Origin: Mobula hypostoma
Lineage: Eukaryota
Length of the DNA: 64,000 nt
Assembly: GCF_963921235.1 (NCBI RefSeq)
Contig: NC_086108.1
Span: forward strand, 102,736,001-102,800,000
Direction of reading: 5' to 3'
Of this stretch, positions 50,626 through 63,154 are shown piece by piece (the first letter of the stretch is position 1; the number at the start of each line of letters is the position of its first letter). Both the position numbers and the translations under genes were made by a program. The notes under the pieces were generated by a model. It made no database searches. It was not told where the DNA came from and was given only the letters and a program-made list of their open reading frames with translations.

Positions 50626-51325
50626 CACTCCAGACCAGTTCAGAAGCAGGTGAAAACCTGGCCAGCAGGAGCCATCTCTGCTCTTTAAGACTGCTTTGAG
50701 CACACTGACTGGCACATGTTCAGGGAGGCTGCAACCGATGGTGACTCTACCAACTTAGAGGAGTACATGACATCAGTGACTAGCTACATCAGCAAGTGCA
50801 CTGTATCCAAGACCATCGCTACACGCTCTAACCAGAAGCCATGGATGACCGTGGAGGTGCGTGCACTGCTGAGGACCCGTGACTCCGCCTTCAGAGCAGG
50901 CAACAAGGCAGCCCTAACAACAGCGAGGGCCAAACTGTCCCGGGCCATCAGAGAGGCAAAGCATGCACACGCCCAGAGAATCCACAGCCACTTCCAGGCC
51001 AGCAGTGACACGCAGCGCATGTGGAAGGGCATTCAGGACATCACCAACTACAAGACAACACCACTTGCCTGTGCTGGTGATGCCTCCCTCCCGGATGCGT
51101 TGAATAACTTCTACGTTCGTTTTGAGGCGGAAAATGACGTGGCGGCGAGGAAGACCACCCCTCCTCCAAACGACCAGATGCTGTATCTTACTGTGGCCGA
51201 TGTGAAGAGAACCCTGTGCAGGGTCAACCCATGGAAGGCTGCTGGACCAGACAATATTCCTGGCAGAGTGCTTAGAGGATGTGTAGACTAGCTAGCTGAA
51301 ATTCTCACTGACATCTTCAACATCG
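50626..51325 (+). mobile_element. Rex1/Babar internal fragment (upstream of RT core)
   Basis: [49 protein letters not shown]. Confidence 0.85.
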
Positions 51326-51452
51326 GACAGAGCGTGAAAGGATATGGCAGGAAGGCAGGTGTATGGAATTCAGTGGGATCCAGGATCAGCCATGATGGAA
51401 TGATGGAGCAGACTTAATGGGCTGAATGGCCTAATTCTGCTCCTAAGGTCTT

Positions 51453-51760
51453 CTTTATATAGGCATCCATTAGTCTCATGAGACCATGGATTTGCACCTT
51501 GGAAGGTTTCCAGGGCGCAGGCCTAAGCAGGGTTGTATGGAAAACCAGTTGTTGCCCATGCTGCAAGTCTCCCCTCTCCATGCTACTGATGTTGTCCAAA
51601 GGAAGAGCATTAGGACCCATACAGCTTGGCACTGGTGTTGTTGCAGAGCAAAGTGTGGTTAAGTGCCTTGCTCAAGGATACACACGCTGCCTCAGCTAAG
51701 GCTTGAACTAGCGACCTTCAAATCACTAGACGAACGCCTTAACCACTTGGCCACATGCAC
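51453..51760 (-). mobile_element. tRNA-derived SINE with RTE tail (second copy), inserted in a CR1 tail
   Basis: Minus strand gtggccaagtggttaaggcg...gttcaagcc...ccatggtctcatgagactaatggatgcc. Confidence 0.82.
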
Positions 51761-52409
51761 TTATGTCTTATAGCCTTATGCACTTGTAATATACCTCATC
51801 ACTTGCTCCTATGGCTTCATGTGATCCTGATCGGTGCGGGGGGTAGGGCTAAACAGGTACTTTACCTTGCCCAGGGGCGGCTTGCATTCTAGTAGAGTGA
51901 AGACGTGCCCTGTACATCCTTTGGTAGAAATGTATCTCCACTCTGCCACACACAAACTATCTTCAGTGGTGGAGAAATCTGAGACCAAAGCACCAAGAGA
52001 AAGTGAGAATGAGACCTGTCATGGTTGAGATTAGGACAAGCTGCTTGGTTTTCCTATGAAGGTCTTTGGAACTTGCTGTCATAAATGACATTCAACACTA
52101 GGTCCATTACTAAGATAAGAGGTTTTCATTCATTCAAAAGCAGATCTGTTCTATGGAGTCAGGTCAAAGGTCGGTCTGCTCAGGTGTAACTGAACTGATT
52201 TATTTTTATTTTTGATTTACAGGTACAGCATGATAACAGGCCATTCTGGCCCAACAAGCCTGTGCCACTCAGTTACACCTGTAGATCAATTAGGCTACTA
52301 ACCTGTGTGCATTTGGAATGTGGGAGGAAACCAGAAAACCCAGAGGAAAGCCACACAGTCACAGGAAGCATCAGTATCCGGTTTATTATCATTGACGTAG
52401 AATTGTATT

Positions 52410-53030
52410 GAAAATACACGTGGACGAAGACATTAACTGTCCTGTGCTATCACCAGTGGGATCATCAGTTGATCTGCCACCTGTCTTCAGGAGTTTCGGC
52501 CCGCTTATGATCAAGACTCCCTCGGGGTGGTGGGCCAGCAGTGCTAAAGCACCACCTCCCACTGGTGAGCTTAAAAACTTGGCATCTGCCTCTGTCAGAG
52601 TTGTTGGTCACTTCCATCCAACAGATAGTCTGCTCTTCAGGTGTCTATGCAACTACTGAAGGGTTTGCAAAAGACGTATACACTGTCTGACTATCTGCCC
52701 CTCTGGACATACTTGGTCCACACCCACGCTGATCCTTTCTCTGCTGCCTCAGCTACAGCCCTGCTGGTTGACTTGATCTCTCTTCTAGTGAAGCCAAGGT
52801 CACGCAACCACTTCTGGAGAGTGAACGCAATAAACCCACGGCAGCCTACTTCGAATGGATAGCGTGAGACCTTCCACCCTCCGTCTCTGCACTCTGATCT
52901 TAATTCTGCATACTTGGTTAACTTGCGCTCATGGGCTTCATCAATGTTGTCTTCCCAGGGGAATGTGAGTTCACCAATAACCACTTCTCTACTGGTGTCA
53001 GACCATAGGATTACATCTGGACGCAATGTG
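52410..53030 (-). mobile_element. HERO-like non-LTR retrotransposon 3' end (restriction-like endonuclease domain)
   Basis: LRPDVILWS..REVVIGELTFPWEDNIDEAHERKLTKYAEL...W...PFEVGCRG...AEAAEKGSAWVW, open to the stop, then 3' UTR. Confidence 0.85.
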
Positions 53031-53906
53031 GCATATAGCATATTTGCTGTTGTAGGGCAGCAGTACAATACATAAAATATACTATAACTTACAGTAAGAA
53101 ATATATATATATAAATTAAATAAGTAGTGCAAAATTGTATAAACTACTTATAGGCAGCGATGGAAATGAAGCCAGGTCACTGGCATTATAATAGCATTAT
53201 GCTAAGGGCTGGGATACCTTGCTGGCCTAATTGGCTGGGTCTTCTTTATGTGCCTCTCTGTCTCAATGTACTTACCTTCAAAGGGCTTATTTAAGTATGA
53301 TTCTAGTTTGTCCAGCTTCTCTGTGGAGTGATCTCAGTTGGAGGTGCCATCTTCTGAACATGTTGCTAACCAAAGCAGCGTCCTGTCCTCTGAAGTGATC
53401 ATTAAAGAACAGTGCGGCTCTACTCTGAACTCCTGCCAATTACCTCCTTTTTATTTGAGGAGATTAACAGTGCACAAATTGGCTGCTACATCCCCCACAT
53501 TACAACACCGTCTACACTTTACATGTAATTGACTGTCTGGAAGGATGTCCCTATGTTATACAGACACAAGATTGTTCTCCCTTTGATGTCGATTTTGCAG
53601 CCTCTCATCAACATAGGTCCTGACAAAAAGTTGTCAGCTGACTTTTCAAAGAGTTCAAAGAGACTCAGGAGCTCACATACATCCGTCAGTCGGATTTCAT
53701 GCACAGGTGCGGAAAATAAACAAGAAGGAGAACAGACATTATTTTATATATCTTGAGATCTCAAGGGATAGAAAAAAAAGGCAGGCATATGAAATCCTGA
53801 TTAGATCACAACAGGAATGATGTGCACAGTTCAGTCACAGAACCTTAGGAAGGGTCAACTTTGTTCAAAGTTTCAGGAGATTCTGTGTACCACCACATTT
53901 CTATAG

Positions 53907-54689
53907 TGTTCCCTGTCCTGTGAGTATCTCGTGAATATGATGTAATTGTCTTATGCTATTGGAATGATGTAATGGTCTCATGCCATTTCAATGATGTAAT
54001 TGTCTTGTGATAGTGGGGTGATGTGATGTTATGTGATGGCATGTTCCAACTGGTATAAAAGGGGAAACCTCAGTTGTTGTGTAGTTCGTTTTGTTGAGAG
54101 TTCACCATTGGTAGTTACGCCATCAGAGAAGAAGAAAGAGTGAGAGTAAAGAATCCCCAGCTCCTAACGAACCCCAAAAGGATTGGGGTTAACCAGCGGC
54201 GTTTGACGCATTACAGGTGTGACTGACATTTGAAACTGTCCATACGTGGCACACACATTTTGTTAACCCTGACACCATTTGGGTATTGTGCGATGAGCAC
54301 TTTGTCGAAAGGCCAGTTACTTTGAGAAATTGTATTCTGTGTCATAACTTCGGACAAGACATTTCGGCTGGGAGCTGCGTCAGCAGTGATGTCTTTACTC
54401 TGGGGACTAGTCCAAAGCTGGTTTGGGAAGTCGCTGCTCTCGAATATTTCAGGAATCATTTGGACTTATTAAATTACCACCTTAAGACTGTGCTTAAATA
54501 AGATCTGTTAAGAATTGTCTTTAAGTTCGACTGTTTGATAACTATAGAAGCATACCGCTGTTAACATCCATTGAAGTTAATTGTTCGTTTACTGTTCCAT
54601 GATTTTTTTGAGTAGAGGTTAATAAATGTCATTGTTTATTTTATAAAAACTAGACTCAAAATCATCTCTGTTGCTGCTGGTTCATAACA
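53907..54689 (+). mobile_element. Solo LTR (783 bp), probably Gypsy/Ty3-type
   Basis: TGTT...AACA termini, exact TSD ATAG (53903-53906 / 54690-54693), TATAAAA at ~54054, AATAAA at ~54621. Confidence 0.85.
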
Positions 54690-54852
54690 ATAGATATTCA
54701 GTGGAGAGCATTCTGACTTGGCATGGAGGCTCCAATTGCACAGGATCATTGGAGCCTCCACAGAATTGGAACTAATCTATTCTATGAATAGAATTAGATC
54801 TATTGTATTTCTTTGTTCAGCTGTGAATACTGAAAGAAAATGAATCTCAGGG

Positions 54853-55459
54853 ACATATGAGTGAGTGAGGCCTCTGTGGGTCAGGGTCAACCATGGATAT
54901 TGAGTCCTGGCTATCTAGATACACAAGCCTGGCCAGTACAATATGGAGAGCAAGCTGCTGCCCATCTAACAAGCTCCCCCTCGCCACACATCTAATGAAC
55001 CCAAAGGAACGGCAGACACTGATACAGTTTGGCACCAGCTGCATCATAGGAGTTGTTAGTCAGCATTGAGCTCAATGTAGGTCTGCCTTAGGGACTCCAG
55101 CTCAGGAATTTTCCCTCAGGATTTACTCCTGAAGCCTTCCTCATGAGTGGGTATAGCTGCAAGGCAGCAGAGGTGTTAGATCAGAATTTTCCTACTCCTT
55201 AATTAGCTGCCAACCATGGCTGACGAGCCCCATCTGCCTGAAGCAACTAGTCTTAAGGTGCCAGAAATCGGCCTTTTCCCCTTCTCCTATCAGTAGGAAT
55301 GGTTCCACTGAACTTAGTAGCTAAGCTACACATGAAGGCCAGGAGCTGGACTTGGTTGTCAGAGGCTATTTGAAGCACATGCCTTTGGAAGCATTTAACA
55401 GGTAGTGGGTGCTTGTCCCCATTGCAACTCCCCCAGCCATAACACAGCCTTAACACAAC
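54853..55459 (-). mobile_element. Non-autonomous RTE-related element
   Basis: Homologous to 16745-17330; TSD CTCAGGG (54846-54852 / 55460-55466) within a Rex-type tail. Confidence 0.65.
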
Positions 55460-55807
55460 CTCAGGGTAAGTATGTGGTGACATATATGTACTTGAAACTT
55501 TGAACTTTAGATTATTAGAGTCTGCAGAATGTTGTGGACTCAGCTAGCTCCAATACAGGTATGACCCTCCCCACCATCGAAGACTTCTTCAAGAGGTGGT
55601 GGCTCAAGGACAAGACATCCATCATTAAGGTCTCCCGCCAACCAGGACATACTCTATTCTTGTTACCACTGTCCAGGAGGAGCTATAGGAGCCTGAGCAC
55701 CCACATTCAGTGATTCAGAAACAGCTTCTTCCCCTCTGCCATCAGATCTATGAACCCATGTACACTACCTTGTTATTCCCTTTTTTAAACTCTTTACTTA
55801 TTCTTGT

Positions 55808-56180
55808 GTGGCACCATGGTGGAGATAAGTCTCTACCAAAGGAGGTGTAATGTACTCTTTCCCTCTGCTTAGCCTTGGACAAGGTGTAGCACCTAATTGG
55901 CTCCCTGATCAGGGTCACATGAAGCCATGGGAGCAGGTGGTGGATGGTCATATGAGCAGCCAGTGCGTGTCACAAGTCCTGGTTATGCGACCACTGACGC
56001 CCGGCAGACAAGCTCTGGAGAGTATTGATAATGGCTGGGGTCACCTGTCTTGTAAAGACACTGCCCAGAAGAAGGCAATGGCAAACCACTTCTGTAGAAA
56101 AATTTGCCAAGGACAATCATGGTCATAGAAAAACCATGATCGCCCACGTCATCGGACAGGCATATAACGAACGAATGAAC
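55808..56180 (+). mobile_element. Non-autonomous RTE (Bov-A-like motif) element, near complete
   Basis: gaagaaggcaatggcaaaccacttctgtagaaaaatttgccaag, ends (aacg/aatg)n. Confidence 0.7.
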
Positions 56181-56654
56181 TTATTCCTGTACATAAGTAG
56201 TAACTTTAGGTCTTTGTGGTGCACTGCAGCTGCAAAACAACAGCCTTTGCATCACCTAATAAATAAATAAATCTGCCTCTGATTGTGATTCAGATTCTGA
56301 AAGGCCATTCTTGAAGGAAGTGCAGATTAGCGGAATAATGCACAGGCTCCAAGGATTAAATTAGAAAAAAAGATTACAGAAACTAATGCCATTTCCCTGC
56401 CATGTAGAAACTGACATTCTTTATTCTTTGTAGATTTTAATATATCAAGAGGAATCAATGAAGTACATCACTAAATTATTACTGCTGACAGGAGGGACTG
56501 CTGATGCTGGAATCTGGAGCCCAAACAAAAACAAGATGCTGGAGGGCTTCAGCAAATCAGACAGTGTTTACGGAAGGAAATGGACAGTCAACCCCTCAGG
56601 TCGAGACCTGCCAAGGAAATCTGGTTGATGTAGATAAAAGAATAATTGGTAAGA

Positions 56655-56900
56655 TCATAAAACATAAGAGCAGAATTAGGCCATTTGGCCCATTGAGTCT
56701 GCACTGCTATTTAACATAGCTGATTTATTTCCCCTCTTAATGCCATCCTCCTGCCTTCTCCCTGTAACCTTTGATGCCCTTATTAATCAACAATTTATCA
56801 ATCTCCACTTTAAATATACCCAATGACTTGGTCTCCACGGTCATCTGTGACAATGAATTCCAGAGATTCACCACCCTCTGCTGAAGAAATTTTGCCTCAT
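56655..56900 (-). mobile_element. CR1 3' end
   Basis: Minus strand cagagggtggtgaatctctggaattcattg...ggcctaattctgctctt. Confidence 0.8.
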
Positions 56901-56997
56901 CTGGTATCTACTATTGGCACATGTACCAAAGTATAGAGAAAAACTTTGTTTTGCATGCCATCCAGACAAATCATTCAGAAGATAAGGACATAAGGAC

Positions 56998-57990
56998 CTC
57001 CACCAGCACAGGTGCACCACAAGCTGTGTGCTTAGCCCCCTGTTCTATTCACTTTACACTTATGACTGTGTGGCTAAGCACAGCTCCAATGCAATATTTA
57101 AATATGCTGACAACACCACTGTCGTAGGCTGAATCAAAAGTGGTAATGAATCAGTACATAGGAGGGAGATTGAAAATCTGGTTGAGTGGTGCCACAACAA
57201 CAACCTCTTACTCAATGTCGACAAGGCCAAGGTTACTGACTTCAGGAGAAGGAAGCCTGAGGTCCATGAGCCAGTCCTCGTCAAAGGATCAGAGGTGGAG
57301 AGGGTCATCAACTTTAAATTCCTTGGTGTTACTATTTTGGAGGACCTGCCCTGGGCCCAATACTTAAGTGCAATTATGAAGAAAGCACGACGGCACACAC
57401 CTGCTTCCTCAGGAGTCTGCTAAGATTCTACATGTCATCTACAACTTTGATAAACATCTACAGATGTGTGATGGAGAATATATTGACTGGCTGCATTATG
57501 GAAACACCACTGCCCTTGAATGAAAAATCCTACTAAAAGTAGTAGATACAGCCCAGTCCATCACAGGTAAAGCCCTCCCCAGCACTGAGCACATCTACAC
57601 AGAACACTGTCACAGGAAAGCTGCATCCATTATCAGGGACACCCACCAGCCAGGCCATGCTCTCTTCTCACAACTGCCATCAGGAAGAAGATACAGGAGC
57701 CTCAGGACTCACACCACCAGGTTCAGGAATAATTATTGACCCTCTACAATCAGGCTTTTGAACTAGTGGGGATAACTTCATGCATCCTCACTTGCCTCAT
57801 CACCTTTGGACTCACTTTCAAGGACTCTTCATCTCATGTTCTCAGTATTTATTGCTTATTTGTTTATTATTGTTACTTCTTTCTCTTTCTATTTGCACAG
57901 TTTGTGTCTTTTGCACAATGGATGAACATCCAAGTTGATGTGGTCTTTCATTGATACTGTCATGGTTATTATTCTATTATAGATTTACCT
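56998..57990 (+). mobile_element. Rex1/Babar RT and 3' UTR; tail continues at 58875-58926 and 60568-60605
   Basis: STGAPQ, KYADNTTVVG, HALFSQLPSGRRYRSLRTHTTRFRN. Confidence 0.82.
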
Positions 57991-58000
57991 ACTGTTGGTG

Positions 58001-58872
58001 GCATCCGTTAGTTTCGCGAGACCATGGATCTGCGCCTGGAAAGTCTTGCTTCAGTCTGTGTTAGAGCAGCGTCTGTTGTGGCTGTAGAGGTCCACACGGG
58101 AGTGACAGTCTCGGCTGCAGTGACTGCACTTGAAGGCACTGTCCTCCAGTGTTGTCTTGGTGCTGTTTTTCTGACGAGTGCGCTTTTCTTCAGCAGCAAG
58201 CCTCAGCTTCTCTTCTCCTCTTTTCAGACCTCTGCGTAGTTCCAGCCTTCAGTGAGAGCGATCGCTTGCGATGTCCTCCCACCTCTCGACGTTCATTTTC
58301 AGTCACTTCATGTCTCTCTTGCAAACATCTTTGAAACGAAGATGGGGCCGCCCCTGTGCTCTCTTGCCGGAGGCCAGTTCCCCATACAGCAGGTCTTTCG
58401 GGATCCTCCCATCTGACATGTGGTGTATGTGGCCCAGCCGGCGGAGACAGCGTTGTTGGAGCAGGGTGAAGAGGCTGGGTATCTGGGCTCGGGCCAGAAC
58501 CTCATTGTTGGTGACTCGGTCAGTCCACATGATGTCCAGGATGCGTCTCAGGCTGCGAAGGTGGAAGGCGTTAAGACGCCGCTCTTGTCTGTAGTAGAGG
58601 CTTCAGGTCTCGCTGCCGTAAAGCAGTGTGCTGAGGATGCAGGCCCTGTAGACTGCAACTTTGGTGTGCGTCGTCAGTTTTCTGTTCTCCCAGACTCTCT
58701 TTGTCAGCCTGGCGAATGTTGAGGCTGCTCGTCCGATCCGTCTGTTGATCTCAGGGTCTAGGGAGAGACTGTCTGTGATGGTGGAGCCAAGGTATATAAA
58801 CTTGTGAACTACCTCCAGCTCGTAGTTGTTGATGGTAACAGCAGGGAGGTGCTCAGTGCCTTGGCCCAACAC
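58001..58872 (-). mobile_element. RTE-clade LINE, 5'-truncated RT C-terminus to 3' end
   Basis: LEVVHKFIYLGSTI, EINRRIGRAASTFARL, KVAVYRACILSTLLYGSET, GHIHHMSDGRIPKDLLYGEL..GKRAQGRPHLRFKD. Confidence 0.92.
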
Positions 58873-58926
58873 ATTGTACCCGCAAGAAAATGAATCTCAG
58901 GGTCATAAATAGTGACATACTGTATA

Positions 58927-60567
58927 AAATGCCTATAAAAAGTATTCACCCTCCCCCCCCAGAAGTTTTCATGTTTTATTGTTTTACAACATTGAATCAC
59001 AGTGGATTTAATTTGTTTTTTTTTGACTCTGATCAACAGAAAAAGACTCCTTTGTGTCAAAGTGAAAACAGATCCCTACAAAGTGATCTAAATTAATTAC
59101 AAATATAAAACACAAAATAATTGATTGCATAAGTATTCACCCCCTTTAACATGACACACCAAATTATCACTGGTGCTGCCAATTGGTTTTAGAAGTAATT
59201 TAAATGGTTAAATGGAGATCTGTTTCTGGAGACCTGTGTGTAGTCAAGTTGTTTCAATTGATTATGGTAAAAATGCACCTGTATCTGGAAGGTCCAACTA
59301 CTGGTGAGTCAGTATCCTGGCAAAAACTACAGCATGAAGACAAAAGAACACTCTAAGCATCTCTGTGAAAAGGTTATTGAAAAGCACAAGTCTGGAGATG
59401 GATACCAGAAAATTTCCAAGTCACTGAATATCCCTTGGAGTACAGTTAAGTCAATCATCAAGAAATGGAAAGAATATGGCACACAACTGTAAATCTGCCT
59501 AGAGCAGGTTGTCCTCAAAAACTGAGTGACCATGCAAGAAGGGGACTAGTGAGGAAGGCCAGTAGGAGACCTATGACAACTCTGGATTTGTTACAAGCTT
59601 CACTGGTTGAGATGGGAGAAACTGCGTATACAACAACTGTTGTCCAGGTGCTTCAGCAGTCACAGCTCTATGGGAGAGTGGAAAGACAAAGCCACTGCTG
59701 TATAAAAACTGACATGAAATCTCAGCTAGAGTTTGCTAGAAGGCATGTGGGAGACTGAAGTCAGCTAGAAGAAGGTTCTATGGTCTGATGAAACCAAAAT
59801 TGAGCTCTTTGGCCATCAGACTAAATGCTATGTTTGGCATAAGCCAAACACCGCATATCATCAAAAACACACCATTCCAACCCTGAAGCATGGTGGTGGC
59901 TGCATCATGTTGTGGGGAAGCTTCACTGCACCAGGCCCTGGAAAGCTTGTGAAGGCAGAGGGTAAAATGAATGCAGCAAAATACAGGAAAATCCCGATGC
60001 AGTCTTCAAGAGAACTGCGACTTGGAGACTTGGGAGAAGATTTGTTTTCCAGCAAGACAATAACCCCAAGCATAAAGCCAAAGCTACACAGGAATGGCTT
60101 AAAAACAACAAAGTTAATGTCCTGGAGTGGCCAAGTCAGAGTCCAGACCTCAATCCAATTGAAAATTTGTGGCTGGACTTGAAACGGCTGTTCACTCACG
60201 ATCCCCATGCAATCTGATAGAGCTTGAGCAGTTTTGTAAAGAAGAATGGGGAAAAATTGCAGTGTCCAGATGTGCAAAGCTGATAGAGACCTATCCACAC
60301 AGACTCAAGGCTGTAATTACTGCCAAAGGTGCATCTACAAAATATTGACTTGAAAGGGGTGGATACTTAAGCAATCAATTATTTTGGAGTTTATATTTGT
60401 AATTAATTTAGATCATTGTGTAGAGATCTGTTTTCGCTTCGATACGAAAGAGTCGTTTTCTGTTGATCAATGTTTAAAGAAGCCAAATTAAATCCATTGT
60501 GATACAATGTTGCAAAACAATAAAACATGAAAACTATCAAGGGGGTGAATACCTTTTCTAGGCACTG
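58927..60567 (+). mobile_element. Tc1-family DNA transposon, near full length (~1.64 kb), IR/DR-type TIRs
   Basis: Long (~200 bp) inverted termini with outer and inner aagtattcaccc repeats; right end ggcactg; left end follows TA. Confidence 0.93.
59334..60348 (+). pseudogene. Tc1 DDE transposase, frameshifted/nonsense
   Basis: MKTKEHSKHLCEKVIEKHKSGDGYQKISKSLNIPWSTVKSIIKKWKEYG (paired-like HTH), [56 protein letters not shown]. Confidence 0.9.
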
Positions 60568-60754
60568 TCTGCACTTAGATAATAAATTTACTTTGAACTT
60601 TAAACATTAAAGTAGTACAAATGGAACCGTGAAAACATAATACAAGACATTGTGCTGCAGTTACAGAGAAAGTGCAGTGCTGGTAGAGCTATGAAATGCA
60701 AAAGCCATGATGAAGTAGATTTAGGGTTCATCTTTGTCATCTTTGATACTGTAC

Positions 60755-61250
60755 TTGGAGTATTGTGTACACCTTCTTATAGGAAAGTCATTGTCAAGCT
60801 GGAGAGCGAGCACAGTTTTTCAAGGATGCTGTATGGGTAGAAGGTCTAATTTATGGGGAGAGATTGGCCACACTGGATCTTTATTCCTTGGAGCATAGAA
60901 GAATGAGAGATGACTTCATAGAGGTTTATAAAATTATGAGGAGCATGAATATGGTAGTCTTTTCCCAAGTGTTGAGGAGCCCAAAACTAGAGGACACAGT
61001 TATGAGGTAGGAGGGGAGATCTAAGAGCTAACTTCTTTACATTGAACATAGTGAGTAATTGGACTGAGCTACTAGAGGATGTGGGTTGAGGCAAGTACAT
61101 TTACAATATTAAAGAGACATGTGGGTATGTACATAGAGGGAAGTGCTTGGAGTGCTATGGGCTGAATGCAAGCAAATGGCACTGCTAGGGAGAATGCTGT
61201 GGTTATCACAGAAGGGCCTATTTCTGCACTGTATGACTCTATAACTATAT
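60755..61250 (+). mobile_element. Old CR1 3' fragment
   Basis: ttggagtattgtgtaca...ctttattccttggagcatagaagaatgag...actagaggacacag. Confidence 0.7.
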
Positions 61251-61689
61251 ACAAGATGTCCATTCAAGAGCCTTATAACAGTGGGACAGAGCTGTCCTTG
61301 CGTACTTAGAAATAAAACACAAAACAGAGGAACAGGCCTTTCAGATTTGTACAGCCAGGTTTTTCTACAGTGAAGTTACAATGTAATCATAGAGTTTTTA
61401 GAGTACGACCACAAAGAAATAGATCCATCAGCCCATCTAGTCTATGCCAAACTGTTATTCTACCGAATACCAACTCAAACCTCTACCATAGCCCACCATA
61501 CTTGCATCATGCACTTATCCAAACTTCTCTTTGTCTTATATGACAATGCAATTGAACCTGCATCCACCACGTCTGCCGCCAGCTCGTTCCTCATTGAGTG
61601 AAGTTTCTCCTTGAATATTTCACCTTTCGCCCTTAACCTATGACCTCTAGTTCTTGTCTCACCCAACTTTAGTGGGAAAAGCCCTAGGT

Positions 61690-62060
61690 CATCATTATGT
61701 GCTGTGTTGTATGATATGGGCGATGATGGTCTCTAGACCATGATTGTCCTTTGCAAATGTTTCTAGATAAGTGGTTTGCCATTGCCTTCTTCAAGGCAGT
61801 GACTTTACAAGACGAGTGACCCCAGCTATTATCAATACTCTTCAGAGATTGCCTGCCTGGTGCCAGTGATCACATAACCAGGACTTGTGATACGCATCGG
61901 CTGCTCATACGACCATCCACCACCTGTTCCCATGGCTTCACGTGACCCTGATCGGGGGTCTAAGCAAGTGCTGCACCTTGCCTAAGGGTGACCTGCAGGC
62001 TAGTGGAGGAAAGGAGCACCTTACTCCTCCTTTGGTAGAGACGTATCTTCACCCTGTCAC
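61690..62060 (-). mobile_element. Non-autonomous RTE (Bov-A-like motif) element
   Basis: Reverse complement of the 55808-56180 family. Confidence 0.7.
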
Positions 62061-63154
62061 CCATTTACCCTATCTATACTCCACTCATAATTTTGCATAC
62101 AATTACATCCTTCACATAAAACTTTTTTGAAACCTTTCTATTAATAACAATTGATGCTAAATCTGTTAGTTAGCTTAAGTCCAAGACTAAAAGATTTTTA
62201 ATAATCAAATGAAGTAATGGCTGCTGGATCAAAGTTCAACCACGATCTCATCAAACAATAGAAGAATTCAAGGGCTAGTTGGCCAACTCCTGCTCCTATG
62301 ATTCTATCAGTCCCATTCTGCTTAATTTTTGGTGATGTTATTTAAACAGGGTCCACGTTATTAAAAAAGCATGCAATTGTCAGGCCACAATAGTATGCAG
62401 ATCAGCGATTGGTCAATCTGAATCTCAGTTTAGAGAATTAAGAGGACTTCAGTAGCTCTGCAAAGGAACTGCTGAAATGGTTCAGTTTCCTGTTTTATGT
62501 GCAGTTTCTGTAATGAAGCCTTTTGGGAGCCATATCACAGTGGCTGACATTGAAGGTCAGTCATAATACAAACATGAATATTTCAGGCAGTCATAGACTA
62601 TGTTTACATTTTTTTATTTCTTCTAAGATGCTTTTTCAAAGTACTCCCTGCCTGTTGATGGCCTTCTCCAATTTCAGATTAATGACTTTAGACTGAATGA
62701 ACCCAGTGGTCACAAAAGCAGTTCATTTAATATTTAAGTCAGATCCCATGAGTTCATTAAACAAAGATGGTATGAGGGAACTGAAGTGTGCTTTAGACAT
62801 ATCCCAAGCGGCTAAATTCTAATTTACAATTTGATTCCAAATATGAGCACATTTTAGCTATATCATTAACAAAATTATTGCCATTAAATATAGATAAGTT
62901 TTAGCCGAACAATAATTAAAATATACTGATAGACTGCTAAGTATCAGGAGGAAAATTTGTCCATTGAAATCTATAAAAGGCTTGATGTTGTTATGAGAAA
63001 TAGAGGGATTCAGCAATGTTTGATTTAAACAGATTTCACATAATCACACAGAGTGGAATGAGGCCATTCCGCTCTTCGTGATGACGTTGGCTCTGCAAGC
63101 AAATTAAATTCTTAGAGCTATTTCCCTGTCGTGTCCCTATAGATCATAAACCAG

